A DNA stretch of 63,059 bases, the filler included, from Rhabdomonas costata (Eukaryota): the NCBI GenBank assembly GCA_019059605.1. It is 48 parts of 48 records of this genome, joined end to end, with 100 filler letters (N's around TTAATTAATTAA, not from the genome) between each part and the next. Parts side by side here need not be neighbours in the genome. Positions count along the whole stretch, not along the records: positions 59,213 to 60,428 come from JAHMHO010023269.1; positions 60,529 to 61,743 come from JAHMHO010023270.1; positions 61,844 to 63,059 come from JAHMHO010023271.1; 45 more parts are not named here. One strand, 5' to 3'. The position numbers were made by a program, and so were the translations under genes. The stretch's first letter is position 1; each line of letters begins with the position of its first letter. This document shows positions 59,865 through 63,059 of the stretch, one piece after another. Under the pieces are notes generated by a model, which was not told the origin of the DNA, ran no database searches, and was given only the letters and a program-made list of their open reading frames with translations.

Positions 59865-60534
59865 GAAGACTGCTGCATATGGCTGCTAGAAAGGATGAAA
59901 AGGTGAGAAAGAGCCGACACTGGGCAGAGAATAGCTTCGGTGGGGAGGTCAGGTCTCGACAGGATCGGCTTACCCCTTGTCTTTGTGTTTTTTTTTTGTG
60001 TGGAAAGGTTGCAGGCATTCCTGGAAAGCCAACTGTTAGTAAACCTGGCACTTATTGTGCATGTCATCTTCATGACCGCCGCATTTGACGCAGCGGGGGT
60101 CAAAAACACGATCCTCCCCAATAAAATGGCCGCTCTCAATTGTATCAACAAGCCTTATCATGTGCCCCGCGGGGGGTATGCATGACCCCTGTGGATGTCT
60201 TCCACATGACAATTTCAGCGTTGCGCTCGGCAGCCTTCAATCGGTGCAGTGACTGCCCGTCCAAAAGAAACCAGTAAGACTTCCAAAAAATAACGGGCTG
60301 TCCGCCGAGAGATCTGCGAACTCTTGGAGAAGAGTCTACTCTGTACTCAATACGCCAATACGCGTGTATCAGATCCGTATGTCGTTGGCAAGCGCATAGG
60401 AAGCTGGGGCATCAAAGCACAAAAAAACNNNNNNNNNNNNNNNNNNNNNNNNNNNNNNNNNNNNNNNNNNNNTTAATTAATTAANNNNNNNNNNNNNNNN
60501 NNNNNNNNNNNNNNNNNNNNNNNNNNNNACTCAG

Positions 60535-61582
60535 GCGCCAACGTGAACCTCGCCATGCCTGGCCGTGCCAGCGCCCTGTTCACTGCGGCCTCAAGAGGCC
60601 ACCGGGAGCTCACTGCACTTCTCGTGGAAAGCGGTAAGTTGGCGGTTTCTCACGGGGAACCACTTCGGGAAACTTTCTTTGAGGGATTCACACACGTTAG
60701 CAGGGGTTGGAATCGGGCTCCAGAAGAGACGAGAGGTCTCCAGATGCAGATCATCCATTCCAACGGCTTACGTCTTATTTATTGCATATTATTGTCATCG
60801 GTGTCATCAACGGTCGCACAGTACCTGTGCGTGATGTGGCTTGCATCAGAGTTCTTTTGTATTTTGAAGGTGCCGACTTGGAGGAAGCAAGGAACTTGGC
60901 CATAGAGGTGGGGAACGAGGAGGTCCTGGAGCTGCTTGCCCAGTCCCCAACCGAAGCAGATTCTCGGAAAAAGAAGGTTCCCTTTTCTCTTGCGCTCATA
61001 TTGCTCCTGTGGGGAGCGCGTGTAGTCATCCCCTTTTACCTCTGTGTATGCAGCTTTCCTACGAGTCTTCTGCAAACGAACTTCAGGAAGTCCCTTTTGG
61101 GGTTTTAGGAGAAGAGATCACCAGAAACAAAAAAGCAGCATACTACTAACAGGTCGACAACCTGCAGCCGGCGATTTGTTGCGATCCATCGGCATGGATA
61201 GTGAGTGATCAGTAGCCAAGTAGCTTGAACCTTTGTTCAGTGCCGAAACAGAACAACCTTCTTTGTTACCTTGTGGAACTGCCTCTGAGCTCGACCTAGT
61301 AACGCTTCAACGGGTTCGGAGTGCATTTTTCCCATCCCCACCCCGCATCCACTTACCGCCTCGCGCATTGTCACAGTCGCATGATCGAGGAGGATGCTTG
61401 CCAGAACACTTGGGAGGGGAGGTTCTTTCTGTATCCAAATCCTTGCAAATTAGGTTGGGTTGCATTCTCGCCTTGCTTCACCACCAATTCTTTCTTTTTG
61501 CCTCAGGATCAGTGGTGCGATGATCTCCGTACCGCCGCATTCGCGGGTGATGCCGGGACGCTGAAAAAGCTTATTGCTGATG
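60535..61582 (+). CDS. Ankyrin-repeat protein fragment. Exons 60535-60633, 60870-60976, 61507-61582
   Basis: GANVNLAMPGRASALFTAASRGHRELTALLVES|GADLEEARNLAIEVGNEEVLELL...|DQWCDDLRTAAFAGDAGTLKKLIAD|G, with phase-consistent GT-AG introns. Confidence 0.85.
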
Positions 61583-63059
61583 GTAGCGTTTGCCCACTCC
61601 TTTGCAGGGGATTTCCTTTCATCCAACTGCAACCCCTTTGTGGCTGTTGTTTTGGTAACAGGGGAGGTTTTGGTCGCCTTTTAATGTGAGCAAGCTGTGT
61701 AGTCCTATTTTCCCTGTTTACATGATTGTGCCCGGATGGACTANNNNNNNNNNNNNNNNNNNNNNNNNNNNNNNNNNNNNNNNNNNNTTAATTAATTAAN
61801 NNNNNNNNNNNNNNNNNNNNNNNNNNNNNNNNNNNNNNNNNNNTTTTTGGGGGTGAAGGAAGGCATCCCTGTCACACTCCAACTTTATTGCGGGAACACT
61901 TACATGGCTCCTACCTCTGGAGGTGGTGATGCCTCTGGATCCTGCTCGCGTTGGACTGTATCCCGACCTTGCTTGCACAAGTTACAATCGCACAATCTCC
62001 GTTACCATGCTGCCTCAACTCCACAGGTTAGATGTCGAGACTCATCCTAACGTCGCGCAGAAGTTATAGAGCCAAAACCATGTTCAACAACGCTAGGGTG
62101 GTTGTGTCACAGTCTACCATCTGTGTGTGTTGGTTACGACTAGGTGGTAGTGTTAACGAATCCATCCCACGACTTCCGGTGTCTCCAATAGGCAGCATGT
62201 AGGTGTAAGTTATGCTACTATGGAGTTACCCACTAGCGTTACTCTACTAGAGGGACCAGCACTACCCAACTGTGTGCAATGAAAGCAGAGCCTCAGGTGG
62301 TTACTGTATGACTCACCCCACGTATTCTAGTTGGCGTCAGTGCATAGGCTTCATTGACATTGAATCACCGGTCACCGTATGACATTAGCTCACATGGTGT
62401 TGTTGGTGGCCTCATCCCTATGTTTCAGTGTTGCCAGGAGTACCTGATGATGCTCGTTTTGACTACAGCTTGCTCAAGGCAGCTCTCGACGGCTTATCAA
62501 CAAACGACACAGCCAACAACCCCTAACACCGATTTCGACACAGAGAGCAACACCAACTCAACCCTAGCACCACAGACACAGACTCCAACACGAACAACTG
62601 CTCCTACAGCATAACATACTCCTACACACTACACTACACCTATACCTGCACCACACCAGAAGAAGAACGCACACACGCACGAATTAAAGGCCAACATCAT
62701 CAACGCCATACCAAACACCCCCAACACCCCCAACACCCAAAACAAATAAAGGAAGAAGACTCGAAACCAATAGAGCGTACGCAACATCGGAATACGCAAT
62801 GACACCGCAAGGCATGAAACCGTGACCAGACCAACAAAGCTCCGCGCACTAACAGGAGAACTAACCAGGACACAAAGCAATAACACATACCCACAAAACC
62901 CTGCCAGGAATGGCATCAATCTTCACGCCAAGAGCCGGAACCGAATGGAAATAAATAACGTATACACTAGAAACCACTAGACACACCGAGAAACCACACG
63001 CGACAAACAAAGTCTGATCCACATGCACCATACGCACCATATCCATATCCAACCCAACA

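Noticed and set aside
1261-61799. TTAATTAATTAA recurring about every 1316 nt as a CRISPR-like or periodic array
   Set aside because: It always sits within 44+44 Ns. It is a synthetic six-frame-stop concatenation linker, and the regular spacing reflects contigs of similar length.
1-63059. Gene-neighbourhood system, such as integrase + HNH + RT + vault acting as a defence or mobile island
   Set aside because: Each gene lies on a different unlinked contig, so their adjacency is artificial.

Overview
This window is not one locus. It is 48 unrelated contigs of about 1.2 kb, each joined by an artificial 100-nt spacer (44 N + TTAATTAATTAA + 44 N), so neighbourhood across spacers means nothing. The DNA comes from an intron-rich eukaryote, most likely a non-kinetoplastid euglenozoan (euglenid- or diplonemid-like). 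That placement is an inference from a trypanosomatid-type PKA regulatory-subunit domain that carries cis-introns, with a major vault protein as weaker support. G/T-only contig starts, C/A-only contig ends, remnants of a GGGTGTGTTTGG primer and eight terminal fold-back inversions point to a whole-genome-amplified (probably single-cell) library. Most entries in the ORF track are spurious. By splicing GT-AG exons by hand I recovered fragments of NAD(P) transhydrogenase, PKA-R, MVP, CFAP251/WDR66, a ZC2HC1-like zinc finger, an ADCY10-like cyclase, ankyrin and TPR proteins, two glycosyltransferase-like proteins, Cys-rich surface proteins, an acidic nucleolin-like protein, a LEA-like protein and an HNH nuclease. 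Mobile DNA comprises decayed Ty3/gypsy gag and pol plus an AT-rich Polinton/PLV/virophage-type integrase contig. The best leads are a probably nucleoside-sensing PKA-R, the candidate endogenous Polinton-like element, a one-repeat-per-exon 6-Cys module gene and highly degenerate splice donors. I saw no rRNA, tRNA or CRISPR array. All homology calls come from motif recognition, not database searches.
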